A DNA stretch of 64,000 nucleotides from Pristiophorus japonicus. Taxonomy: Eukaryota. The stretch covers positions 17,360,001 to 17,424,000 of the forward strand of contig NC_091999.1 in assembly GCF_044704955.1 (NCBI RefSeq), written 5' to 3'. This document shows, in pieces, positions 10,980-23,176 of this stretch. Each line of letters begins with the position of its first letter. The first letter of the stretch is position 1. The notes beneath the pieces were generated by a model. That model did not search any database. It was not told the origin of the DNA and worked only from the letters and a program-made list of their open reading frames with translations. The position numbers and the translations under genes are program-made.

Positions 10980-13900
10980 TGTGAGTAATAGAATAGATTA
11001 GATTATAATGTGAGAAGTTTATACCTATAATTGTGAAACTATAAGAACTAACAGCAGGCATGGTAGTTTAGGGATAATGAGAAAATTACTGAAGAAATGT
11101 AAGTGCTGGGAACCAGGGAAAGTGTCCTTGTAAATCACAGATTAGAGAAGTTCCAGCTGTCTTTTCCTCACTTCCTGCCCAAACCCAGCAGAGAAGACAA
11201 AGAAGAGTCCGGTGGCAGAGGTGGATCAGTGCAGGGTATAAAAGTGAGGGGAGACTGATGTAAGGGGCAGTGGGGACTGGAGACACCGGAGATCAAGCTC
11301 AGGGCGCCCGAGGTTCCATCCAACGGGCTGAGCTGGTGTCAGTTACTGTGGACACGCGGGACTTGCATCTTTACTCTGATTGGTGGATCATTATAAGATA
11401 TGGTGGATGACTGAGAAACTGCTCATGTTATAGAAACATAGAAACATAGAAAATAGGTGCAGGAGCAGACCATTCAGCCCTTCTAGCCTGCACCGCAATT
11501 CAATGAGTTCATGGCTGAACATGAAACTTCAGTACCCCCTTCCTGCTTTCTCGCCATACCCCTTGATCCCCCTAGTAGTAAGGACTTCATCTAACTCCAT
11601 TTTGAATATATTTAGTGAATTGGCCTCAACTACTTTCTGTGGTAGAGAATTCCACAGGTTCACCACTCTCTGGGTGAAGAGGTTTCTGCTCATCTCGGTC
11701 CGAAATGGCTTACCCCTTTTCCTTAGACTGTGACCCCTGGTTCTGGACTTCCCCAACATTGGGAACATTCTTCCTCCATCTAACCTGTCTAAACCCGTCA
11801 GAATTTTGAACGTTTCTATGAGGTCCCATCTCATTCTTCTGAACTCCAGTGAATACGAGCCCAGTTGATCCAGTCTTTCTTGATAGGTCAGTCCCACCAT
11901 CCCGGGAATCAGTCTGGTGAATCTTCGCTGCACTCCCTCAATAGCAAGAATGTCCTTCCTCAATTTAGTAGACCAAAACTGCACACAATACTCCAGGTGT
12001 GGCCTCACCAAGGCCCTGTACAACTGTAGCAACACGTCCCTGCCCCTGTACTCAAATTCCCTCGCTATGAAGGCCAACATGCCATTTGCTTTCTTAACCG
12101 CCTGCTGTACCTGCATGCCAACCTTCAATGACTGATGTACCATGACACCCTGGTCTCGTTGCACCTCCCCTTTTCCTAATCTGTCACCATTCAGATAATA
12201 GTCTGTCTCTCTGTTTTTACCACCAAAGTGGATAACCTCACATTTATCCACATTATACTTCATCTGCCATGCATTTGCCCACTCACCTAACCTATCCAAG
12301 TCACTCTGCAGCCTCATAACATCCTCCTCGCAGCTCACACTGCCACCTAACTTAGTGTCATCCGCAATTTTGGAGATACTACATTTAATCACCTCGTCTA
12401 AATCATTAATGTACAGTGTAAAGAGCTGGGGCCCAAGCACAGAACCTTGCGGTACCCCACTAGTCACTGCCTGCCATTCTGAAAAGCACCCATTTACTCC
12501 CACTCTTTGCTTCCTGTCTGACAACCAGTTCTCAATTCACGTCAGCACTCTGCACCGAATCCCATGTGCTTTAACTTTGCACATTAATCTCTTGTGTGGG
12601 ACCTTGTCGAAAGCCTTCTGAAAGTCCAAATATACCACATCAACTGGTTCTCCTTTGTCCACTTTACTGGAAACATCCTCAAAAAATTCCAGAAGATTTG
12701 TCAAGCATGATTTTACCTTTCACTAATCCATGCTGACTTGGACCTATCATGTCACCATTTTCCAAATGCGCTACTATGACTTCCTTAATAATTGATTCCA
12801 TCATTTTACCCACTACTGATGTCAGGCTGACCGGTCCATAATTCGCTGTTTTCTCTCTCCCTCCTTTTTTAAATATTGGGGTGACATTTGCTACCCTCCA
12901 CTCGATAGGAACTGATCCAGAGTCAATTGAATGTTGGAAAATGACTGTCAATGCATCCGCTATTTCCAAGGCCACCTCCTTAAGTACTCTGGGATGCAGT
13001 CCATCAGGCCCTGGGGATTTATCGGCCTTCAATCGCATCAATTTCCCCAACACAATTTCCCGACTAATAAGGATTTCCCTCACTTCCCCCTCCTTACTAG
13101 ACCCTCTGACCCCTTTTATATCCAGAAGGTTGTTTGTGTCCTCCTTAGTGAATACCGAACCAAAGTACTTGTTCAATTGGTCTGCCATTTCTTTGTTCCC
13201 CGTTATGACTTCCCCTGATTCTGACTGCAGGAGACCTACGTTTGTCTTTACTAACCTTTTTCTCTTTACATACCTATAGAAACTTTTGCAATCCGCCTTA
13301 ATGTTCCTTGCAAGCTTCTTCTCGTACTCCATTTTCCCTGCCCGAATCAAACCCTTTGTTCTCCTCTGCTGCGTTTTAAATTTCTCCCAGTCCCCGGGTT
13401 CGCTGCTATTTCTGGCTAATTTGTATGCCACTTCCTTGGCTTTAATACTATCCCTGATTTCCCTAGAGAGCCACGGTTGAGCCAACTTCCCTTTTTTTAT
13501 TTTTACGCCAGACAGGAATGTTCATCCATGCGGTCTCTAAATGTCTGCCATTGCCCATCCACAGTCAACCCCTTAAGTATCATTCGCCAATCTATCCTAG
13601 CCAATTCACGCCTCATACCTTCAAAGTTACCCTTCTTTAAGTTCTGGACCATGGTCTCTGAATTAACTGTTTCATTCTCCATCCTAATGCAGAATTCCAC
13701 CATATTATGGTCACTCTTCCCCAAGGGGCCTCGCACAACGAGATTGCTAATTAATCCTCTCTCATTACACAACACCCAGTCTAAGATGGCCTCCCCCCTA
13801 GTTGGTTCCTCGACATATTGGTCTAGAAAACCATCCCTTATGCACTCCAGGAAATCCTCCTCCACCGTATTGCTTCCAGTTTGGCGAGCACAATTTATGT

Positions 13901-14242
13901 GCATATTAAAGTCACCCATTATTACTGCTGCACCTTTATTGCATACACCCCTAATTTCCTGTTTGATGCCCTCCACAACATCAATACTACTGTTTTGAGG
14001 TCTGTACACAAGTCCCACTAACGTTTTTTGCCCTTTGGTGTTCTGCAGCTCTACCCATATAGATTCCACATCATCCAAGCTAATGTCTTTCCTAACTATT
14101 GCATTAATCTCCTCTTTAACCAGCAATGCTACCCCACCTCCTTTTCCTTTTATTCTATCCTTCCTTATTTCTTATTAAGGTATTAAAGTTGCTGACACTG
14201 GACTCTGGAACTTGCTAATTAATAAGAAAAGGGACTTTTACA
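10980..14242 (+). mobile_element. Putative solo LTR (10980-11430 plus 14166-14242) split by a CR1
   Basis: Starts TG, has TATAAAA at ~11237, and after the CR1 has ATTAAA at ~14182 and ends ...TTTACA. No TSD. Confidence 0.3.
11431..14165 (-). mobile_element. CR1 (HER1-like) LINE, young 5'-truncated copy with most of ORF2
   Basis: ORFs 13503-14126 (APE: MGDFN, EPTRGEAILD, SDH), 12679-13485 (KSPGPDG) and 11529-12524 (GVPQGSVLGP, ADDTK); (TTTCTATG)n tail at 11431-11450. Confidence 0.95.
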
Positions 14243-14599
14243 TCCCCAAATCTCTCTACCCCTCCACTCCTTATACAATGTTACCATTTAATGTACATTT
14301 CCTCCATTTTTCATCCAAAATGTTTTGCATCAGATTTTTCTGCACTAAATTCCATCTGCCATTCATCCAGCCCATTTACAAACCTGTGCATTCAGACTGA
14401 GCTCACTTACAGTTCTCTTCACAGAGCCCCACGCTCCCCATTTTTGGCGTCAGCTGGAGATTTTGATCATACTGCAGGTCTGATCACCGATTTTTAAAAT
14501 AACGTATTTATAATTGTTTATTGTCCCTCTGGTCCTAATCTCGATAGCATGACAAAATAAAATTCAGTTCCCCCAGTTTGGACTTTCAATTATTGGAAA

Positions 14600-15605
14600 A
14601 AATTCTGAGGGACAGGATAAATCTTCATTCAGGAAGACCGGGATGAATCAGGGACATTCACTACGGATTTGTTAATGGAACGTCGTGTCGCACTAACCTG
14701 ATTGCATTTTTTGAGGAGGTCACACGGAGGGTCGATGACGGTGTTGTGTTTAACGTTGTGTATATGGATTTTAACAAGGCTTTTGATAAGATCCCACATG
14801 GCAGACTGGTCATGAAAATAATAACCCATGGGATACAAGGCAAAGTGGCAACTTGGATCTAAAATTGGCTGAGGTAGGAAGCAAAGGTAAATGGTCAATG
14901 GGTGTTTTTGTGACTGGAAGGATGTTTCTGGGATACATCAATGGTTTAGACTTGAATGTCAGGGTTATGACTACGAAGTTTGCAGATGATACGAAAATTG
15001 GCCGTGTGGTTGATAATGAAGAAGAAAGCTGTAGACTGCAGAAAGGTATCAATGGACCTGTCAGTTGGGCAGAGCAGTGGCAAATGGAATTCAATCCGCA
15101 GAAGTGTGAGGCAATGCATTTGGTGAGGTCGAACAAGGAAAAGAAATACACAATAAATGGTCGGACACTGAGAAGTGTAGAGGAACGGGGGGACCTTGGA
15201 GTGTTTGTCCACTGATCCCTGAAGGTAGCAGGACAGGTCGATAAGGTGGTTAAGAAGGCATACGGGATACTAGACTTTATTAGCCGAGGCATAGAATACA
15301 AGAGCTTGAACTGTATAAAACACTAGTTAGGCTACAGCTAGAATACTGCGTGCAATTCTGGTCATCACATTACAGAAAAGAGAAGGCATAGAAGAGTTTA
15401 CCAGGGTGATGCCGGGACTGGAGAATTTTAGGTATGAGGAAAGATTGGATCGGCTGGGGTTATTTTTTTTGGAACAGAGGAGGCTGAGGGGAGACCTTAT
15501 TGAGGTTTCTAAAATTATGAGGGGCCGAGATGGAGTGGTTAGGAGGGACCTATTCCTCTTAGCAGAGGGGTCAATAACTAGGGGCATAGATTTAAAGTAA
15601 TTGGA
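14600..15605 (+). mobile_element. CR1 RT fragment, degenerate
   Basis: KFADDTKIG, WQMEFNPQKC and RRLRGDLIE motifs with stops and deletions. Confidence 0.85.
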
Positions 15606-15607
15606 TA

Positions 15608-16619
15608 GAAACGTAGATATTTACAGTGCAGGAGGCCATTTCGGCCCATCGTGTCCACGCCGACCCTTAAAGAGCCGCACGGCCCTCGGTCAGTAGCCCT
15701 GAAGGTTACATATAAACCCGTGAGCAATGAACAATGGCGGAAAGGTAAAGAGCACCCGGGCCAACCAGTCCGCCTCACACAACTGCGACACCCCTTACAC
15801 TGAAACATTCTACACTCCACCCCAACCGGAGCCATGTGATCTCCTGGGAGAGGCAAAAAACAGATAAAAACCCAGGCCAATTTGGGGGAAAACAAGATCT
15901 GGGAAATTTCCTCTCTGACCCATCCAGCCGATCGAAAGGAGCCCAGGAGATCACCCTGGCCATAATCGATTTGCTGCAGTACTTACCATCGTATCTGCGC
16001 CAGCCAACAGGAGGTTATCCAGTCTAATCCTAATTACCAGCTCTAGGTCCGTAACCCTGCAGATTACGGCACTTCAAGTGCCCATCCAAGCACCTTTTAA
16101 ATGTGGTGAGCGCTTCTGCATCCACCATCCTTCCAGGCAGTGAGATCCAGATCCCCACAACCCTCTGCGTGAAGAAGCCTCCCCTAAAACCCCCTCTGAG
16201 CCTTCCACCAACCACCTTAAAACCATGCCCCCTCGTAATTGACCCCTCCACCAAGGGAAATAGACCCTTGCTATCCACTATATCCACGCCTCTCAAAATG
16301 TTGTCACCTCAATGAGGTCTCCTCTCAGCCTCCACTGTTCCAATGAGAGCAAACCCAGCCTATCCAATCTGTTCTCACAGCTCAGATGCTGCATTCCAGG
16401 CAGCATCCTAGTAAATCTCTGCACCCTCTGTCGTGCAATCACATTCTTCCTATAATACAGCAACCAGAACTCCAGCTGTGGCCTAACCAGAGTATTATAC
16501 AATTGAAGCATAACCTCCGTGCTCTTGTATTCTGTGCTTCGGCCAATAAAGGCAAGCATTCCGTATGCCTTCTTAACCACCTGATCCAACTGACCTGCTA
16601 CCTTCAGTGATCTGTGGAC
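15608..16619 (-). mobile_element. CR1 3' fragment with long structured 3' UTR
   Basis: ORFs 16293-16622 and 16030-16296 encode the CR1 ORF2 C-terminus; the UTR at 15608-16030 contains a 13-bp inverted repeat. Confidence 0.85.
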
Positions 16620-19600
16620 CAATGGTGGAGCTTTGGAGGCGTGGCCTATTCAGTTGTAGCTGTGCTGCTGAGAGAGAAGGAACTCCCTGCTGAAGCTCCT
16701 GTCTGGAAGGCCGATAGTGAGCCCTGAGACCAGCCCAGGAGTAGGAGGAAAGGGCTGGCTTGCTACAATACAACGTCCGGAGGGAGAGGAGGAGAGCTGA
16801 AAATTTCAACAACTTTATTTACTTCTGCAAAGAGTTGGAGAGAGTGGGAAAAGAGCAACAACCTGTGTGCAAGGAGGGAGATTCTACAACATTCTACAGG
16901 TGGGTGTTGGTACATTCCCCGAAATACATTATTTTATTGGTGGGGGGAGAAAAGAAGATCTTCTTCGAGGCCCGGAACATCGCGGAGGGTGTGTGTGTGG
17001 AAGTGTGTGGTGGTCTTGCTCACAGCTAGGCCCCACACACCACTGAAGCACCCCTCCCCCATTGCCTAGCCTGGGATAGCTGGAGCTACCTGGCTGAAGA
17101 TTTACTCATCACCCTATTAAACATCGTTGGGCGTGTGTGCCTGGGTGGCTCCAGCTGTCCCCGATGACGACATCTTCTCCTCCCACCCGAAGACCATCCC
17201 ATAAGACTGTGCCTTGCTTTGTTTTCCATCATCTAGGGAGTGCGCCCCAGAAAAACACCCACCCATCACTGTGAGGGGAGACCTGCCCTCACAGCTTCCC
17301 TCTTTCCAACCCCCCACGCTCACTCTGTCTCTCCCCTATCTCTCTGAGAGCTCCTTTCCTCCTTAATTGGAAAAAACAATTAAGACAACTGAGCAGAGTG
17401 AGCAAGGCCCCTCCCCAATTGTCAACTAGGGCAGAGGTGTGCCTCATTGAGAGCTCCTCTGCTCATAAATTCAAACGAGGCCAATTTAAGACTATTAATG
17501 CCTGTGACTCTGGGGTGGGTGTAGCCCTTAAAGGGACCCCGTGATGGCGACTCCATCCACATCCACGGCGCCTCCTGCGCCACCTGCTGCTCTGCCACCA
17601 TTCAGACTAATTACTAAGAAAAACGGGGTCAAGAGCTACACTCACCCCACAATGAGCATCGAGGAGTGCGTGCGGGTGATGGCTGGGGTAGTCAGCCCCT
17701 TAGCCATTGTCGCAGCCTCCAAGATGTCTGGGAAGGCTGTATTCTTCCTGGGGTCGGAGCGGGCGGTGTCCCTGGCCCGAAAAGGGGCTCACGGTGGGCG
17801 GGACATTCCTGCCGGTGGACCCTCTCGAGGCCACCGCGCAGAGGGTCATCATTTCAAACGTCCCGCCCTTTGTTCCCGCTGAGCTCCTCCTCCCTCACCT
17901 GCACCAACTGGGGGAGGTAAGGTCAGTGCTCAACCCCATACCGCTCGGCCTCAGGGAGAACAGTCTGCGCCATGTGTTCTCCTTCCGCCATCAGCTCTTT
18001 GTCCGGCTGGCGCGGGAGGAGACAACAGTGGGCAATTTTAATGTGGTGCACGAGGGAACTGCCTACCGCGTCTTCTGGACCTCGGATGGCGTGCGGTGCC
18101 ATGCCTGTAGGGAGATGTGGCACGTTCGCAAGAACTGCCCCGCCTCCAAGGCAACCAAACCACCGAAGGCAGCCAAGGCTGGCGCCGCCGCCACCCCTCC
18201 CCCTAGCAGCGTCCGCGTGCCGGGAGCCATAGGTGCGCGGGCATCGTCGGAGGCCTTTGTTGTCACGGCCTCTGGCGGGGGGGAGGGAGAGCGTCCGACC
18301 GGAAAGAAGGCGCGGAGGAAGGCGAAACATCTCGAGGTTGGGTCCCCTCGGTGCGCCAGATAGTTTGACCACCGCGCTCAGCCCAACCCCGTCACCGGCG
18401 AGCGCGGGGTGCCCTGAGCCCTTGCCCGAGCCCTTGACAAATACAGCAGAGGGGCTCGGGCGCGTGCAAGATAAGAAAAAGGGGGGGGCGGAGCGGGGGG
18501 CCTCGGCAGACATGGAGGTCTCTCTGCCTCCGCGCACCCCCAGGAACAAAAGGAGGCGCCGCTCCAATGAGGCGGAGGGGGAACAACATCCCTCCGTGGA
18601 GGAGTCGGTGCCCGCCGCGTGTCCCGCGTCCCCCACCAGCGCCCCCAAACTGCGCCGTAGACGGGAGGAATCTGTCCCCGGGTAGGGAGGGGCATTCGAG
18701 GCTGCCCAGCCTCTGCCTCCCGTGGATGGCGTGGAAGATCTGCCTGTCGTGGTGGGCGTGGGGTCAGCGGAGGAATACGATGCCGCCGGGTCGAGCGTCC
18801 CGGGGACTTAGGCGGGCGGGGCCGAAAAGGCCGAACGTGAGCCCGCCCAGCTATTAACCAACTTCCCCCGGGATTTGCTCGACCCAGCAGAAATACACAG
18901 TATTAACAATTTTAATGAATCTGTACACGCTGACCGGAGGGTGGCGGCGGGGAGGGCGAAGAACAACAACCCTCGCCCCCTACTTTGGAGCTGGGGTACT
19001 TGGAGGACCTGGAACATTTCTTTGACCAGGTCTCTCCGTGTTGCCCGGTTCCTGGGGTGGAGGAGGAACCCCTTCTGCTGTCGCTTCCTGACCCAGCAGC
19101 ACTTTTAAAACAGCCCAGTGCGGACTGCTCTGCCGACGATCCTGGGGGTGGGATCGGGGCAGAGCCAGGGTCGGATTGAGCGGCCGGGCCGTTTGCTGTA
19201 CCTCGTGCGGTCGACGGGTCGGCTGCTGGCAGCGACCTCCTGAGGGGGACGGGGACTCGATGGGGGACTCGGGAGAAGATCTCGAGTCCATCGCCAGTGA
19301 GGCGATGGATCTCCTCGTGCCCGCCGCTGAGTCCCCCCTCATTCCTGCAAAGGAACTCCGGGACTTTTTGGTCCAGAGCCAGGGTCGCCGCAACCGAACC
19401 CATCTGGCCCGCTAAAGATGATCCGAGCCGGGGCTGCTCGTCGCGTCCGTCCGCGCCGCCGCTAAAACCATGGCCGCGGGCGGGCCCTTATCAAAAGCGC
19501 AAGGCCTTGAGCTGCACCGGCTCAAAGGGTTCCTCGCTGGGCTGCTAAAGGAGTGGAGGTCAACAAAAGACTCCGCTCCCTCCCACCACAATAGGTTAGG

Positions 19601-20178
19601 TAGAGGTTGCACTATGCTTTTGTCATGAAGATAACCATAGCCAGCCTCAACATCAACGGCGGCAGAGAGGCACGCCGTAGATTTAACAATTTTTCGCTCC
19701 TGCGGGAGGGGAAATATGCGGTGTGCTTCCTGCATGAAACCCACACCGTTCCGGGAGACGAACCCACGTGGCTCCTGGAATGGCAAGGAGAGTTCCGCAT
19801 GAGCCACCTCACCGCCACGTCTAGTGGGGTGGCCATCTTGTTGGCCCCACATTTTCAGCCGGAGATCTTGGCGGTCGAGGAGCCCGTGCCAGGCCGCTTG
19901 CTGCACGTAACGGTTCGCCTGCGGGACGTGCCGCTCCATCTCGTGAACGTGTACGCCCCTCAGCCCGGACTGCAGCAAACGCGCTTCTTTGAAGAGGTGT
20001 CCGCTCTTCTTGGCTCCGTCGACGTCGGCGACTGCATTGTCCTCGGGGGAGATTTTAACTGCACCCTCGAGGTGAGGGACCGCTCCGGTGCCCCGCAGAG
20101 CATGACGGCGATGGAGAAGTTGAGGAACTTCTTGAGGCTATGGTGGGACGTGGGGAAGACTCACGTCCACGTCTTCTT
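16611..20178 (+). mobile_element. Tx1-like retrotransposon, copy 3: 5' UTR, disrupted ORF1 (ATG 17544) and APE part of ORF2, 3'-truncated
   Basis: Inverted homolog of 1-2736 and 5950-8376. Zinc knuckle CHACREMWHVRKNC; ORF2 start MKITIASLNING at ~19625; internal deletion of ~330 bp at 20125. Confidence 0.93.
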
Positions 20179-20577
20179 GTGCTGAAGTATTGTTTCCTCT
20201 GACTTGGATATGGCGTTATATTAGAGTCTCATTCAGTGCTTTCCCCACCCGGCAAAAGTCCAATCCATTAATTATTTCGATCATGACCCAGCACCCTCAC
20301 ATAAGATCCACCGCTTCACTCACTCCCTGTCATAACACCCAAACATCCCTTCCACTGGTACATTCAGTTCCTATCCCACCATCCACACGAACCATACATT
20401 GATTCTTTCTGTACCTGTGCCAAACAGCACACGTCCCATCCGATGATTTCATCAGTCCTGACCCACACACCAAGTCTGGTTCATTTAATCCTGACACATT
20501 TCACACGTAATTGTTTGAGACAGCTGTTATTGCTCTCAATCTGAAATATAAATTCCCTGTTTTTCTCTTCCCTGCAG

Positions 20578-21465
20578 TGAACTTAGTGACAATAATGATC
20601 CTGTCTCGACGAAGGTGCTGTCTCTCCAAGTGTGTCAGCCGTTACCTGGTGGCAATGGCAGCGGTGGATCTATTGGTCGTTATCCTCGACCTGATATCCA
20701 GGCAGATTCCTATTCGTTATTCAACCGCTTTTGAGTTCATGTGGGCCATTAAATTGTGTAATATCCATGCCATCCTGCTTTACGCAGTCACAGACTGTTC
20801 CGTCTGGTTCACAGTTGATTTTACCTTTGATCGATGTATAGCCATTTGTTGTCAGAAGCTCAAACCCAAATATTGCACCGTGAAAACGGTGACTGGGGTT
20901 GTGGGAACAGTGAGTGCGCTGTTCTGTGCAAAGAACACTTTCTGGTAGTTTATGTTTGGAGGTATGTATCAGATTTCCAATAATCCCTGGTTTTGTTTTG
21001 TTACATGGGATGTCTCTGCGTCACTAGCATGGGCAGTAATTGAATTCCTTCATTATATTATAACACCGTTTTTCCATTTGTTCTGATTCTTAAGCTCAAT
21101 GCTTTAACTGTCAAACACTTTTAGTATCGAGCAGAGCTCGTAGGCGACTCCGGGCCCACATTAGTGGGGAGGGTTCCAGTGACCCAGAGATGGAGATGCA
21201 AAGGAAATCCATCATTTTACTCTTTGTTATATCCGGCAATTTTATCCTCTTATGGGCAGTGTTTCTGTGCTCTTCTGTGGTTAATCGATTGTATTCGTTA
21301 AAATTTCTTTCTGCATATCTACCTGATTATATACAGGAATTGGGATTTATGCTTCAGCTCCTGAGTTGATGCATCAACACATGTATTTTTGCTGTGAAAT
21401 TCAGAGAGGAGTTGAAGAATGTGGTGAAATATCCCGTTACTGTAATTTTTAAATGTATTAAATAA
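20578..21465 (+). pseudogene. Class A GPCR pseudogene exon, GPR139/GPR142-like family
   Basis: Acceptor ttttctcttccctgcag|. Translation VNLVTIMILSR..YLVAMAAVDLLV (TM1-2), CSVWFTVDFTFDRCIAICCQKLKPKYCT (TM3, DRY-like), DPEMEMQRKSIILLF (TM6) and LQLLS*CINTCIFAV (TM7). In-frame TAG at 20946, plus further stops and frameshifts. Confidence 0.85.
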
Positions 21466-23176
21466 TACGAATCACACAATGTGTTGGGCGGGTGTTCTGC
21501 CCAACCCGCTCATCTCTGTGATACACACACAGTGAGGCCTGTTTTCATCTTTCGCCCGGATTCAGCGACTAACAAAAATGATAGAGGTGGGGAAGTCCAC
21601 GGTGATCAGTACAGCTGGGCCCCTGCAGGTTTTAACCCCGCTAAGACCTCTGGTGCGGCCTGGGACAGGTTTATAAAGCTCCCGACCGCCAGGCTCGGGT
21701 CTGATGTGGTTACCCAAAGGCGTGGGGAAAGTGTCTCTGTTACTGTACCGTCCACGGGCGGAAGGGCCGCTCAGTCCCAGCACTCCCAGGGAAACCACGG
21801 TGCAAATGGCCTGGGACCAAACAACAACCAGGGAGGGAGGCTTTCAAAGGCTCAAAGCTCAGTGCTTCCAGCCTTTTACAGGCTCCTTGTGTTTTTCTCC
21901 CAGTGGGGTTTAACCTGAGCAGCCCCAGCGCCTGCTGATAGCGACGAATTCTTCTTTCAGATAATCTACCTTTCGGATTAAAGGGTCTCCTGCAGACGGA
22001 GTATGTCCCAGTGACATTCACCACTGTAACGTTCCTTTGTAAATCTGCCTGAACAATGCAGTGATCTGCAGGATGAAGTGATCCCCGCAAATTGAACTCA
22101 GCTCCTCCTCACTCTCTGTAAATTCTCCTTGCTAAACATAGCCCATAATATAGTGTTCAAAGAGGGTGGTAACGAGTTTGTTGCTAGGTATTGCTGTATC
22201 TGTGAAGTAATACAGCGGTGAAACCCCCATGACACTGTGCCTGAGCATTGTGACATCACAGACCTGCCCTTCTGACCAAGCCCTGGTCTGTGGTTGACCC
22301 ACAATCGCATTTCAGACATCCCTTCTCCTTCACACATCACCTCACATAGAGTTACTTAACGTCTGCAACATAGAAAGAGGTCATTTGGTGGCCACGGCTG
22401 CACGTTGGTCTGAGCCTGTTTCTTGTGGTTTCCCTGGGGGCTCGTGGAGTCAGCAGCCCGACTGCCTGTAGACTGCAAATTTACAGAGCGACCTTCCCCA
22501 CCCCGTCCCCTTTCGGCCCAGCACACCATGCCAGAGTTTACTCTATCACCACATCCTGATCTTAAACGGAGGGCACAAAGAGAGTGTTAAACTTGGGAAT
22601 GGGGAGCGAGTGGGATTCAATGGTAAGTCCTGGGTGAGTCTGGCTGAGTATTAGCTGTAAGAAGGGAAATTTAGTTTAACGTTTTGAATTGAACTTAGAA
22701 CTTTAACAAATGTAGTTAGCAGAAACTGCCTGTTAGAGGTAGTTAAATATCAGTCAGCTGAAAGTGTTAGTCTTCAATATGTGCTAATTACTGCGAGCAA
22801 TGGGCATGGAGCTGAGACAACTTGTGTGTGGCTCCAAAGGTAAGAATAAACACTAACTGCTGATGCACAGTGTGTTCAGCACAGTGATATTAAACGGAAT
22901 TTGGAGAGAATTGGAATGGGAACAGTGATGGAAGGAGGTGCTGCTTTGGTCTCCAAAATACAGCAGGTTGATGAATGTTTGGTGAGTATTGCCTTTTTCT
23001 CGAAGCTTGGTCTAAACTAAGGCCTGGGAGCAATAACAACGCTTAATTAAATTAATAATTTAACTATATAACCTAATTAATTAGTAGAATTATAAATAAC
23101 CGTTTGAATAAAAACTAACTATTTAAATTAATTCAGTGAGTAAATAAGCAAATACATTTTTAAATAATAACTAAAG

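Noticed and set aside
15914-15940. Hammerhead-like CTGA...CGAAA
   Set aside because: The core reads CTGACCC rather than CTGANGA, stem II is not convincing, and it is antisense to the CR1.
20511-20577. N-terminus of the GPCR ORF as given in the ORF track
   Set aside because: It uses a TTG start and reads through a polypyrimidine tract and AG acceptor; this is intron sequence.
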